NCBI GenBank assembly: GCA_963514005.1
Contig: OY740814.1
Span: 15,004,001-15,068,000 of the forward strand
Reading direction: 5' to 3'
Source: Raja brachyura
Lineage: Eukaryota
DNA length: 64,000 nucleotides
The notes beneath the pieces were generated by a model. The model was not told the DNA's origin, did no database searches, and worked only from the letters and a program-made list of their open reading frames with translations. Position numbers and translations under genes: made by a program. Below are positions 26,701 to 37,222 of this stretch, one piece after another; positions within the stretch are counted from its first letter, which is position 1; each line of letters begins with the position of its first letter.

Positions 26701-29700
26701 CCCCACCCTATCCCCCATCCTCTCCCTCCATCTCACCTCTCCCCATCCCACTCCCCCACTAAACATAATGTTTAAATAACATTTCACCCCCTCCCCACTC
26801 CCTCGCTCTCCTTACAACAATGTAACAAATCTCTCATTGTACTGGGAGTCCTGTCTTCCCTCCCCCATTCCATCTCTCTCCTGATAACAATGTAACACAT
26901 ATCTCAATGCACTGGGTGTTCTGTCATTTGGTAACATTTTAACAGGCAGGGCAAGTTTTCAAGTGAAAAGTTTGATTTTTAAAGTGAATTTTTTTTTTAA
27001 AGTTTAAATTGTGAACTACTTGTAAAATATAACATCAATCTGAATGGAACGCTGCTGTGTTTTTTAAAACAGACTTTTAAAAAAGTAAATGAGATCCCAT
27101 TGTGACATGTTGATGTATTGGAAAGGTTTGGGATAAGGGCCAGGTGCAGGCAAGTAGGATTAACGCAGTTAGGTATTCAAAACAAGGTATTTTCACCAGA
27201 AATACTTGGTGATGGAGGATAGTTGCATATAGAATTGCAAATCAACTCAGTATGAGAAAAGTGGTCATTAGCCCTGATTGACAGTGGGTGATCCAATCAT
27301 ACCCATTCTGTCATGGAATTTCACCATATTCCACCTTAAACATTTCATTGCTTGCAAAATACCTTGAGATGTGAAAAACTCTAACACAAACCCATATTCT
27401 ATGTTCTTACCTTGAATTTATAATAGCTCTCACAGGACGAGTCCCCTGTTTCATTCAGGAATACTTTTCCTTTCTTATGCGTGAAAACATCCCAGATACT
27501 GAGACCTTTCCCATCTTGATTCCAAGCTCCTTCTGTCTGGTAGGCCGAACTGCCCACACCCCAGGAGAAACCTAAAATCAGTAGAGTACTTAAACGCTGT
27601 GTTTCACGAGAATATATTTGTGCATTGATTGGTACTTGGAAATATTCCAATTTGTTTCAAAATAAGATTAATTAAAGTTTGGTATTTTTCACATTTCCAT
27701 ACAATGCAGGCCATTCATCTGATTGAGCCTATGCTGGCTGTTAGTAAAATCCCATTATCCCACTTATTTCCCTTGTAATTATTATTTCTCATACATTACA
27801 GGACGTCTCTGTTCCGAGTCCATATGCCTGTGATGCTGCTGCAAGCAAGATTTTCATTGTACCTGTGTCTCACCACACTTGTGCATGTGACAATAAACGT
27901 GACTTGCCTTGAAATCTCCCCTAATTCACCAGCCACCCACCAACACTTGGGCCAACTTAGTATAACCAATAAACCCAACAACGAGTTTCGGACATGGGAG
28001 AAAACTCAGAGCACCCAGAGAAAAGCCACATTGTCACAGAGAGAACATGGAAATCGGAGCTAAGGTCAGGATCAAACCCAGGTCACTGGAGATGTGAAGC
28101 AGCAGAACTACCTGCTGAACCACTGTGTTGCTCATATATGCTGCAGCACAGAACGATTAAAGATTGTACTGCAGGACTTTCAGCTCCAAATACAAACTCT
28201 GAAGTGATTTTAGAAAATTGGTGTGGAGCTGATTGTGTCTGGTCCAGTACAAAGCGAGAAACAGAACAACCATGCTGTCACAAGATCTGTAGCTGCACGG
28301 GACAGTTCATTAATTTGTATAGTCTGCCATGAACATAGTAAAACATCCAAGGCGTGTCGCAAAAGGAGATGGCAGAGAGAGAACCAAAAGTCAACCTACA
28401 AGTTGTGCTTTAAAGAGCATGAAAGGAGGAGAGGGAGGCAGAGAAGTCAGGGTTGGTGTCCAAGTAACTGACAGAGATTAAAATCCACATTGACTGGAAG
28501 GCTGTGAGAGTTGGGGGAACACAGAGATCCTAGAGGGCTGTAGCACCAGGGATGGGAGTGTGCCACTCAAGGTGAGCAGGGGCAAAATCTTGGAGGAATT
28601 TGAAAGTTGGAATTTTTAATATCAAGGCCTTTATTTAATTTGAAGCCTACATAACTCCCACAGCACTGGAAGTGGAATGAATGCAAATTAGACATGTTTC
28701 TTAAAGGCAATGACATTTTGAGATTCTGCATGAATAATCTGAGAGGACGTACAGTGGAAAGCAGATGTCTTTGGACTTAATGTTTCCCAAGGGCTATGCT
28801 CGCTCACACATAGGAGCACACAAGAACAAGTGAGGTTTCATAAAAGATCTTGGGAGAGTTAGACAGAAGGTCATGTCCACTGGTTGTGAAATCCAGAATT
28901 AGAAATCATGGATTCATGCTATAAGGTCATCTATTTGGGAGAGAGCTGAGTAGAGATTTATTTTGAATTCTCTCCAGCACCATACAATTGGTGCTTTGTC
29001 ATTTGCACGTTTGAGGCTCAGATTAGGTAGTTTCTGAGGTTGTAATGAATTAAGGGATATTGGAAAGTATGTAAAGTTTAATTCTTTTATGGAAGGGTGG
29101 AGAGGCCATTCATTTCAGTTCCTAAAGCTACGTGTCATGGTGGGCTTTATTCATTTCTAGCCTGGATTTGTTGTGGACTGATTAATAAATCGTCTGTGTA
29201 CTCAGTGACTCTGCTATTATTGTAACAATTGACCACTGGGATAGTGGAAGATGAAGCAGATAGATCCTAGTCCTTGGTGCTGTAACAATTCCAATATCCT
29301 AAAGTCTTTTCAGAATACTTGTTAGATTCAACCAATCAAGATTTTGAATATTTGTCTCTTTTTTTCACCCGGATCTTGATTTGTAAACTTAGAAGGAAAA
29401 TGCACATACTGTTTCTTACGGGGACTGTCAATAATCTACCACTACAGGGACAACAGTCCTTTAGCTTTGAAAACTCAATGTGATGCATATAATCCAGCTT
29501 CTGGTAACAAACATTGGCCTGCTCTAAACTGGTAAGAATTCTGAAGCTATTGGACACAGAGAACATATCAAAAGATCAGTTTATTCTTATATTGCGTAAA
29601 GTTAAGAAAATGTCCACAAATCTGGTATAATGAGAAGATTCCAGAACTGAGAAGGACCAACATTATTTTTCTTGATTATTTTTTACTTTTAGATCAGTGA

Positions 29701-29963
29701 CCAGAAATGGACATTCTGTAATGATAGATTTGTATTGACCATAAAACTCATACCTTAATCATACAGCATCTTAAAAGTATTAACAGTAAATTAATACATC
29801 GCACTAGTTCTCAGCTCTACTTGGGTCCTTCAACGTACTTACCAGCAGGGAAAGTCCCATAGTAGAAGGATCCACCATGATCTTTTGTCCAGTCAAAGTC
29901 CAGAGTCAGGCACAGAGGCAGCGCCAGCAGCAGCCCTCCGTGCAGAACCAGGGGCTGCATCAT
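2491..29963 (-). CDS. LCTL: Lactase-like protein (gamma-Klotho, GH1 family), 13 coding exons, 566 aa, TM isoform
   Basis: Exons 29843-29963, 27411-27571, 25161-25248, 23247-23356, 20603-20731, 18604-18699, 17431-17485, 16829-16990, 15639-15913, 12635-12761, 11070-11269, 8838-8901, 2491-2603; all GT-AG and phase-consistent, 1701 nt total; GH1 motifs [43 protein letters not shown]. Confidence 0.96.
4511..4584 (-). CDS. LCTL: LCTL alternative terminal coding exon ending in HDEV*
   Basis: Acceptor tgtttgcccttttcag; phase 1 in frame with exon 12: (A)[23 protein letters not shown]. Confidence 0.8.
5975..6790. mobile_element. Two adjacent CR1 LINE fragments (+ 5975-6310, - 6315-6790)
   Basis: CR1 ORF2 C-terminal sequence on +; KSPGPDG..HPRV..W(K)[22 protein letters not shown]-upstream motif on -. 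Confidence 0.85.
6950..7400 (+). mobile_element. Degraded Penelope-like element 3' end
   Basis: Degenerate CTGACAA..GACCTGAAAC core followed by AGATGGTGCTTGACCTGGTGAGTATTTCCA, resembling the young palindromic family. Confidence 0.45.
7470..8430. mobile_element. Old + strand CR1 fragment interrupted by a younger - strand CR1 3' end (~7690-8200)
   Basis: [36 protein letters not shown] on -; flanks continue a + strand CR1 tail. Confidence 0.8.
8838..8901 (-). CDS. LCTL: LCTL exon 12
   Basis: [21 protein letters not shown]; ag/gt boundaries, ends in phase 1. Confidence 0.93.
9359..9560. mobile_element. Fold-back Penelope-derived short element inserted in an HE1-like SINE (~9220-9640)
   Basis: Inverted arms; 14-bp TSD CATAACATAGATAG at 9345-9358 and 9561-9574. 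Confidence 0.85.
10050..11015 (+). mobile_element. Non-autonomous Helitron-like element with an internal G/A-rich low-complexity tract
   Basis: 3' end GGGGCCCAACGGGTCTC hairpin + ACTTGGTCGAG|T (CTAG variant); homologous to 25401-27110. Confidence 0.65.
11070..11269 (-). CDS. LCTL: LCTL exon 11
   Basis: [37 protein letters not shown]...FPNQRE. Confidence 0.96.
12635..12761 (-). CDS. LCTL: LCTL exon 10 (nucleophile motif TENG)
   Basis: [42 protein letters not shown]. Confidence 0.95.
13555..13710. mobile_element. Old degenerate fold-back Penelope-derived element
   Basis: Imperfect inverted arms (AGCATCTGTG..ACCAGTTAAT / ATTAACTGGT..AGATGCAGCT). Confidence 0.5.
15639..15913 (-). CDS. LCTL: LCTL exon 9
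   Basis: [18 protein letters not shown]...[19 protein letters not shown]. Confidence 0.96.
16829..16990 (-). CDS. LCTL: LCTL exon 8
   Basis: [16 protein letters not shown]...[20 protein letters not shown]; AT-rich aag acceptor. Confidence 0.93.
17431..17485 (-). CDS. LCTL: LCTL exon 7
   Basis: [18 protein letters not shown]. Confidence 0.93.
18604..18699 (-). CDS. LCTL: LCTL exon 6
   Basis: [32 protein letters not shown]. Confidence 0.95.
19025..19445 (+). mobile_element. CR1 LINE 3' fragment
   Basis: [10 protein letters not shown]...[16 protein letters not shown]-type ORF2 end followed by the CR1 3' UTR (GGGCCGAAGGGCTTGTTTCC). Confidence 0.85.
20603..20731 (-). CDS. LCTL: LCTL exon 5 (acid/base position TFNNP)
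   Basis: [43 protein letters not shown]. Confidence 0.96.
20932..21557. mobile_element. Tigger/pogo-like MITE with GC-rich internal repeats and a nested Penelope-derived fragment (~21430-21525)
   Basis: TA-flanked imperfect TIRs CAATAAATCTTCGTTTTAACGGACC / GGTCCAATATAATGATGGTTTACGG; internal TCCAGGCTGGGCT-like units. Confidence 0.5.
23247..23356 (-). CDS. LCTL: LCTL exon 4
   Basis: [37 protein letters not shown]. Confidence 0.95.
23900..24520 (+). repeat. Unclassified CpG-rich interspersed repeat with LINE-like 3' tail
   Basis: Sharp GC/CpG-rich block inside an AT-rich intron; no coherent protein. Confidence 0.45.
25161..25248 (-). CDS. LCTL: LCTL exon 3
   Basis: [29 protein letters not shown]. 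Confidence 0.96.
25629..25709 (-). mobile_element. Short CR1 3' tail with (AACCATAT)3 nested in the Helitron
   Basis: ACAGCACGGAAACAGGCC...; flanked by a CACTT duplication. Confidence 0.65.
26256..26385 (-). mobile_element. Penelope-derived short element with intact minimal hammerhead core, nested in the Helitron
   Basis: 8-bp TSD ACAAACAA (26248-26255, 26386-26393); minus strand CTGAAGA-A-GGGTCTCGACCC-GAAAC-GTC. Confidence 0.8.
26358..26385 (-). ncRNA. Putative minimal type I hammerhead ribozyme core
   Basis: CUGAAGA, stem II GGGUC/GACCC, GAAA, palindromic ACGU, GUC triplet; stem I weak. Confidence 0.55.
27411..27571 (-). CDS. LCTL: LCTL exon 2
   Basis: [35 protein letters not shown]...CESYYKFK. 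Confidence 0.96.
27940..28135 (-). mobile_element. HE1-like tRNA-derived V-SINE (degraded); similar copies at ~41300-41520 and ~62480-62685
   Basis: GTCACAGAGAGAAC core and tRNA-like head (GATCAAACCCAGGTCACTGG..ACCACTGTG) on the minus strand. Confidence 0.6.
29843..29963 (-). CDS. LCTL: LCTL exon 1 (signal peptide)
   Basis: [40 protein letters not shown]; donor gtaagt. Confidence 0.93.
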
Positions 29964-31994
29964 CCTTCAGCCTTTATCAGTCCAGTGTCGTTACCTAGCA
30001 CCCGATGGCAGCTTCTCCCCACAATCTGTCCACACACAGAGTACAACACAATCATGCAGAAGAGTTCCGTAGAAAAACAAACCACACGGGCAAAAGCACA
30101 TTGTAAAGTGAAAGCTGAGGGCTGACCTGACAGGTCTTTCAAATTCTGAACTAATTTGATTGATAAATGAAGAGAAAATATGTCCCCATCTTAATGAATT
30201 CAGAGTGCAAATGTAAAACTTCTTCCCAAAGGAATAAACATACAAAGGAGGATGGAATAGGAGATGATGGTAGGACCGGATGAATGGGGAGAATGTGATG
30301 CCCTGAGTGAGCACTTGATCTGAATGATCTCTTTCTATGCTGTGTTTTCCATACAAAATTAATGAGCGCTGGTTATTAACCATCATAGCTTCTACCGCAG
30401 GCACAAGTATCAAAGATATGCACTACCATGTCTTTTTTGTCTTGCATTATATTAATTGGCAACCTCGCCATCGTAATTGAAATAGCATTTACTGAATTTA
30501 CATTCAGATTGGATTCTCCATTCAGAAAGCCACAATACAGCTTTGGGCTTTCCTTCATTTGTTGAGTGCAGAATTCTCCAAGTTACTGATGTTGAACATT
30601 TGCACCAGGTATTTAAAGGTACCACCTTGATATCACATTGTTGATTTCCAGACAATATTGTAGAAAAAATGAATTCCTAATGCAATGATCATTTGTGTTC
30701 GATACACATCCAGTCAAGTTTGGCAAATGAGATTAATGAAAGACGGACTGCCACAAATCATCATCTTACCTGTTAACATTTCTTCATTTATCTGGATGAG
30801 AAGATGACACCAATACCAGGCACTCAGAATAAATCCACCCTGCAGCTGTACACAGTCCAAAAATAAAGTAAAAATTTGGAGAACAATCTAGCAAACTATT
30901 CACTGGTTCCAGAGAGAGAATGTAATTTGGAATTCAATGATGCGTTAGCAAATTTAGCTGAACTTGGCAAATCTCTTTGTAAAGGCTGAGTTTCCCTTGT
31001 AAGCAAACTTTTCTAAGCTGTATTTGAACCCGCCTCTCTTGTGTGTGTTTTTGATGACAATACTTCACAGTGTGAGGATGAGCTCTGTGTCATTTTCATA
31101 GGAATAGTTCTGAATGTAAGCATATAAAGGATCACAATGTTGTGCCAGGTTGGAAACAGCTGCTCAGTGGCAACCACTGACAAAGCAAGTTCAACCTCTC
31201 TTTCCCTCTGCCTTGATACTGCAATGGGGTGAATGCCTCAGAATTAAAATGGCTCACCCCTCTGAAAAGTATTGCACGTTTTCCAAAAAAGATCTTTTGC
31301 AACAAACCCAAACTCCTGATAATATTCCAATGGGGTTATTACATTCTTCCAAACACACGTTGCACTAAACGTTATTCCCTTATCATGTAGCTGTACACTG
31401 TGAATGGCTCGATTGTAATTATGTATTGTCTTTCCGCTGGCTGATTAGCACACAACAAAGGTTTTTCACTGTACCTCGGTACACGTGACAATAAACTAAA
31501 CTGGACGAGGGAGTTAATTGTTGTAATTATCTTTAATTTACAGTGCTTTTTAACCTTTCAGTAGGCTTGAGGTAGTTGTTGAAACGTTCTGTGATAGTTC
31601 ATAGTATCTGTACAGTGACGTTGCCATGTGTGTTTGACCTGATCTTTCCCCAGAGTCACAGGACAAGTGTCAGTATGTGCATCAAGTTCCTCGAAGCAGA
31701 AGATGGCCAATTTTCTTGTAGGTCAGTGATAGTATGGATGCAAATGGATCTCCCTTGGCATATTCGCACTTCTACTCAAAAGGTTAGCCTAACTGCTCCC
31801 CTAAACCGTCATGTTCTTGTTTCACATATGAATGTTTAGCTTTCAGAGTAATTTGAAGATGTATTAAATGGGACCTTCAACAGTACTACTAATCATAGAA
31901 TGAAACATCTGGAATGTTGCATTGGGAGTTCAAATTAGCTTGGATTATCTCATGCATGCATCAGTCTCACTGAAATAAGATACATAAAATACAG

Positions 31995-32205
31995 ATTGTG
32001 GAATTCTCTACCACAGAAGGCAGCGGAGGCCAATTCACTGGATGTTTACAAGAGAGTTAGATATAGCTCTTGGGGCTAACAGAATCAAGGGATATAGGGA
32101 GAAAGCAGGAAATGATTTAGGATGATCAGCTATGATCATATTGAATGACGGTGCTGGCTCAAAGGGCTGAATGGCCTACTCCTGCACCTATTTTCTATGT
32201 TTCTG
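31995..32205 (+). mobile_element. CR1 LINE 3' end
   Basis: TGTGGAATTCTCTACCACAG...CCTACTCCTGCACCTATTTTCTATGTTTCT. Confidence 0.85.
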
Positions 32206-33884
32206 GGCCAGTCTGGAAGCAGGACCTGAGCTGCTATATGTTGCATCAGTTGCTTGTCCATCAGAAATTTGTGCCTAGCCAAAAACCATCGCTCTAATTA
32301 TTCTCTGTGAATCCCAAACTTTCACACCAAAGTGCAAGACCATTGAGTTATGAATTGAGTGCAGAATATAATGTTGCTGCATTCTAACATTACTATTCTG
32401 GAGAAAGTGCAGTTTATAAAAAAAGTGCAAGGTCCGTAATGAGGTTGGTTGGAAGATCGGAATCTTTCCCAAACATTTGGGAGGACAGTAGTCTGATATC
32501 AGAGTAATATGGAAGTTATAAACAAGTTACTTTTAATTATAAACAAGTTACTTCTTTTTACTTTTGTATTCTTAATAAATACATTTATATCCATATATTA
32601 AACATAAACTAAAATGGTGTGTGTCACAGTATAAAATAGCTTCAGCTAAAACAAAGCTGGGATATTAAAAAGCAATAGTTTGGAATTTAAGGGTGGCGAG
32701 TAAAGGAGAGATATGAGGGGAAATGTAAAGTTTAATAAGATTGAGCCAAGGTCGGAATTTAATGGTGGCGAGATAGAGAAAATTAGAATTGAAGAAAGAT
32801 TGATGCGAAAGGAGTACAGCATACAAGATAAAGCAGCAGAGATACGGCAAGAAACTGTAATAAAAAGCTGCTTGTTTCTGGGATTCAGAGAGCAATTAGA
32901 GAACGGACAGGTGGTGTCGGCTCTGAATGTTCCAAGCTGATATTTGCAAATAAAGGCTTTCGTCTTCTTGAAGAATTCTCTGTGTCTGTGTCATATTATC
33001 CAAATTTGAGTCTTAAAACCACGACTAACTTGCCCTAAATATGGTCGTACGTGCTTTCAAACTTAGGGTCATCGGGGGAGGGAAGTAGAGGGAATTACTG
33101 GGGTAAAATAGTCCTTGTTAACGTTGGCTATTTTCCCAGAGCAGCATGGTGTAGTTGGGGTCAATTGGGTGGAGGCTTTGTATCATGGACCAGATTACTT
33201 CCACAATTTCTTGCAGCCTTTGGCAGAGATGCTGCTAACAAAGCTGTGATGCATCCAATCAGATACTTTCCACAGTGCACCTGTAGAAGTTGGCAAGAGT
33301 CGTTGGAGACATACTGAATTTTCTTAGTCTTCTGAGAAGCTATAGGCATTAGTGTGCTTTCTGGCCATACAGTAGATTCAATGTGATTGGTCTAGAACAA
33401 AATGCTAATACGCCTTGGAATTTGAAGCTCTCGGCCATCTTGACACCATTTACAAAGTCTCCATCTTCTTCTACTAATTAATTGTGAATTTGTGCAAGAT
33501 CTGTCCCCTACGGTTCATTGTGCAATTTCACATAAAAACAGAAACCAGAAGAGGTGGCTACAGTGGTAACAGTTCTTGAGCATCTCCAGGGTAATGCTCA
33601 ATCGTGTATCGTGGGTTATGTATAAGGCTGAAGCAAACTGGTCGAATATCTTGGTCTTGTCAATATTCTTACAAACCAAGGCTACAGTAAGTTTGTGCAA
33701 AAAAAAGACATTGAAATGATACCCATTCTCCAAGTCATTGGTACAGAAATATTTGGTAAGTAATATTTGAGAATCCAATCTTCATGCAGAGGTGATGAAG
33801 GTTAAGATAAAGAGTAGGTCATCCGCTCTGTTTTGGATGTAAATTCCATTTAGGATGCTGTCTTTAATAGAGCAAGTCTCACAA

Positions 33885-35125
33885 CAACAGTAACAGGATC
33901 ACTTTGAGTCAGCATGGATTTATGAAGGGGAAATCATGTTTGACTAATTTTCAGGAATTTTTTGAGGATGTAACTAGGAAATTGGACAATGGAGAGCCAG
34001 TGGATGTAGTGTACTTGGACTTTCACAAAGTCTTTGATAAGGTTCCACATTGGAGATTAGTGGGGAAAATTAGAACACATTGGTATTGGGGGTAGGGTAC
34101 AGACATGGATAGAAAATTGGTGTGCAGACAGGAAACAAAGAGTAGGGATTAACGTGTCCCTTTCAGAATGGCAGACTATTTACAATATACATTCACGATT
34201 TAGATTAAGGGATTAAAAGTAACATTAGCAAATTTGCAGATGACAAATCTGGGTGGCAGTGGGAACTGTGAGAAGGATGCTATGAGAATGCAGGATGGCT
34301 TGGACAGGTTGGGTGTGTGGGCAGATTTATGGCAGATGCAGTTTAATGTGGATAAATGAGGTTAATCACTTTGGTGGCAAGAACAGGAAGGCAAATTGTT
34401 ATTTGAATGATGTCAAGTTAGGAAAAGGGGAAGTACAACGAGATCTGGGTGTCCTTGTTCATCAGTCACTGAAAGTAAGCATGCAGGTACAGCAGGCAGT
34501 GAAGAAAGCTAATGGCATATTGGCCTTCAAAAGAAGAGGAGTTGAGTATAGGAGCAAAGAGGTCCTTCTGCGGTTGTACAGGGCCTTGGTGAGACCACAC
34601 CTGGAATGTGGTCTCACCAAAACTGTGCAGTTTTGGTCTCCAAATTTGAGGAAGAACATTCTTGCTATTGAGGGAGTGCAGTGTAGGTTCACAAGGTTAA
34701 TTCCCGAGATGGCTGGTCTGTCATACGTTGAAAGAATGGAGCGACTAGGCTTGTATACACTGGAATTTAGAAGGACAAGTGGGGATCTTATTGAAACATA
34801 TAAGACATATAAGGGATTGGACATGCCAAAGGCAGGAAACATGTTCCCGATGTTGGGGGCCACAGTTTAAGAATAAGGGGTAGGTTACTTAGTACGGAAT
34901 GAGGAAAAACTTTTTTCACCCAGAGAGTTGTGAATCTGTGAATTCTCTGCCTCAGAAGGCAATGGAGGCCGATTCTCTGGATGCTTTCAAGAGAGTTATA
35001 TAGAGCTCTTAAATATAGCGGAGAGAAGGGATATGGGGAGAAGACAGGAACAGGGTACTGATTGTGGATGATCAGCCATGATCACAGTGAATGGTGGTGC
35101 TGGCTCAAAGGGCCTACTCCTGCAC
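33885..35125 (+). mobile_element. CR1 LINE RT to 3' UTR fragment (frameshifted, internally deleted)
   Basis: [54 protein letters not shown] motifs. Confidence 0.92.
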
Positions 35126-37222
35126 TTATTGTCCATTGACAAGGAAGGAGAATGGGATAGGATCAATAACACACTTCTAATTAATCCCAGTTCAAATGAC
35201 GTTGGTCCATCTCCAGGCCACTACAGAACATTGTCATCTGACTGCGACAGCTTCAGAATCTTATTATCTTTTAAAGGCAGCCTAATCGGTCTAGCACCTG
35301 CCACAAAGTTGCATGATCAATGAGCCAGTGTTTCCTCAAAAACAGCAAAAAAACCCAACTAATTTTGTTTACAATACCTCCCTGGATAAGCCCTTTTTGG
35401 TACCCACCCTCCTGTTAGTTTAGACTAGTTTAAAGCCTCCTGCGTAGTCCAGCAAACTTGTCCGCCAGGATATTGTTCCTCTTATAGTTCAGTAGCAGCT
35501 TCTGTGACTTATACAGGTCACCTCTGCTTCTAATAGATTGCAATGGTCGAAAAGCCTTAACTCCTGCTCCAACACCTCAGCCATGCATTCATTTGCCCTT
35601 TCCTCCTATTCCTGCTGTCACTAGCACTTGAGAGGCAACAATGTTGGCATTCTTAGTCCTCTGGAATCTCCTCATTGCACTAGATTTGAAAAACAATTCA
35701 TGAAGTGCCCGTGTCGTCATTCTGTTGTATTCAGCTTATGTGCTGTTTGGTTCTGAGTCTCATCTGACATGCACTGAGAGTTGGCTTAAAATGATATTTA
35801 ATTGTAATGATGGTTTACCTGTCAATGATTAGCTTCAAGTCTATACTGGATAATCCTACAATCATCATGACTACTTTGAATTTAGGAGTAAAAAGATGTG
35901 TTGTTAAGATTTATATTCAGAAAAAAAAATGTATGTCATATAGATTGTTACAATCTCCCATCACTAACATACAAACTAAATTAATGTCATTTTGCACCCT
36001 GCATCTTGACACATATTCTCCCTTTATAAGAAAAATAAACTTTCCCAATTCCCAAATTCTGAATTTCATATCTCAAATGATTTGCTTCTGCCAAATATCC
36101 TGCAAGTACAAATAAGATGAGCTCGGGCACAGTCCAACAGTGTGAATGGACTGCAAGGACACCCAATCAAAAATAGCACCCTATTCCTTCCTCTCCTCCT
36201 GTCTTTCACCGCAGCTTAAGTTTACTAAGAACAGTGGTTGTTTGCCCTGGCATTAAGGCTGGCAAAGAGCTTAGTACGCCCCGGTCAGGTGGAGGGTCAA
36301 CAACATTGTTTTCAGTGATCAGCCGTCACTAAAATTGTCTCAGGGTACATTCTGTTTCCCCAAAACAATTCAAAGGAAATCTTTTTATCGTGGTTTAATA
36401 AATGCATGCGGTTATGTGCACTTTGTGCTGATATGGGTAATCAACTGCATTGCTACAAACATAGCCAATGCAATACTGTGAACTGTTAAGAAATGTAATG
36501 ACACCAAGAAGCAGTCTCCAACTCAGCTGTAGATGAGTAATATGGATGCCACACCAGACATTCCCGTCTCCCTGTAATTTCTGCTGACATTCGGTAGACA
36601 TCCCTCGCTCCTTGTTAGACTACCCAAGCTTGTTACCATAAACATGAACACTTACTATTGTAATGGTACTTTCAGGAGTTTCTGCACAGGCTTTTTTTTT
36701 TATTAACAAAACTAATACTGCAATAGTGATTAGTCACTATTGGAGATCCTCAGGGGATGCACAGAAGTAATAAAATAATAAAAGATCCCGTGCCCAAGCA
36801 CAGAGACTGCAGCATGTGAATATAATTCATACATCCAGCTAACTTTGTTGTTTGTTGTTCCAAAACCTCAGCACCCATGTTCCAAGAAAGTTCAAAATTG
36901 TGAAATTTACACACCCTCAGAGATGCGTTTCTGATTTTGTCTTCCTAACTCTCAGGGACTTGTCAGTTTTTTGTGCCGATAACACATCTTTATTCAGCAC
37001 AAAGGATGCACTGCTGCAACTGTCCTCCACTGCAGCTGCCCTTTCTATTTCTCTCAAGAAGGTGAAGCAATGAAGAAAACGCTTTCGACGTAATGTTTCA
37101 GAAGTTACGGTCTGCAGTTCTCAAAGGCTGTTGTGTTGATACATCCAACTTGCTGTACATTGAAAAAAAATCTGAAGACATCTTTTGTGCTATTAATTTA
37201 AAGTCTTGACACAAAGCGTGGT

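Larger units (their letters stand above)
25401..27110 (-). mobile_element. Head-to-tail tandem of non-autonomous Helitron-like elements (25401-~26419 and ~26416-27110)
   Basis: Minus strand: 5' TCTATTATATTACAAAAAC, 3' GGGACCCAACGTGTCCC hairpin + TCTTGGTCTAG|T; second 3' hairpin end at 26416-26442; inserted in a CR1 remnant. Confidence 0.7.

Noticed and set aside
30935-30960. AT-rich half-MARE-like motif (AAATTTGCTAAC on -) upstream of lens-associated LCTL
   Set aside because: Short, imperfect match; cannot be supported without conservation or binding data
34295-34870. 191-aa ORF as a host gene
   Set aside because: Plain CR1 ORF2 C-terminal fragment with frameshifted upstream RT
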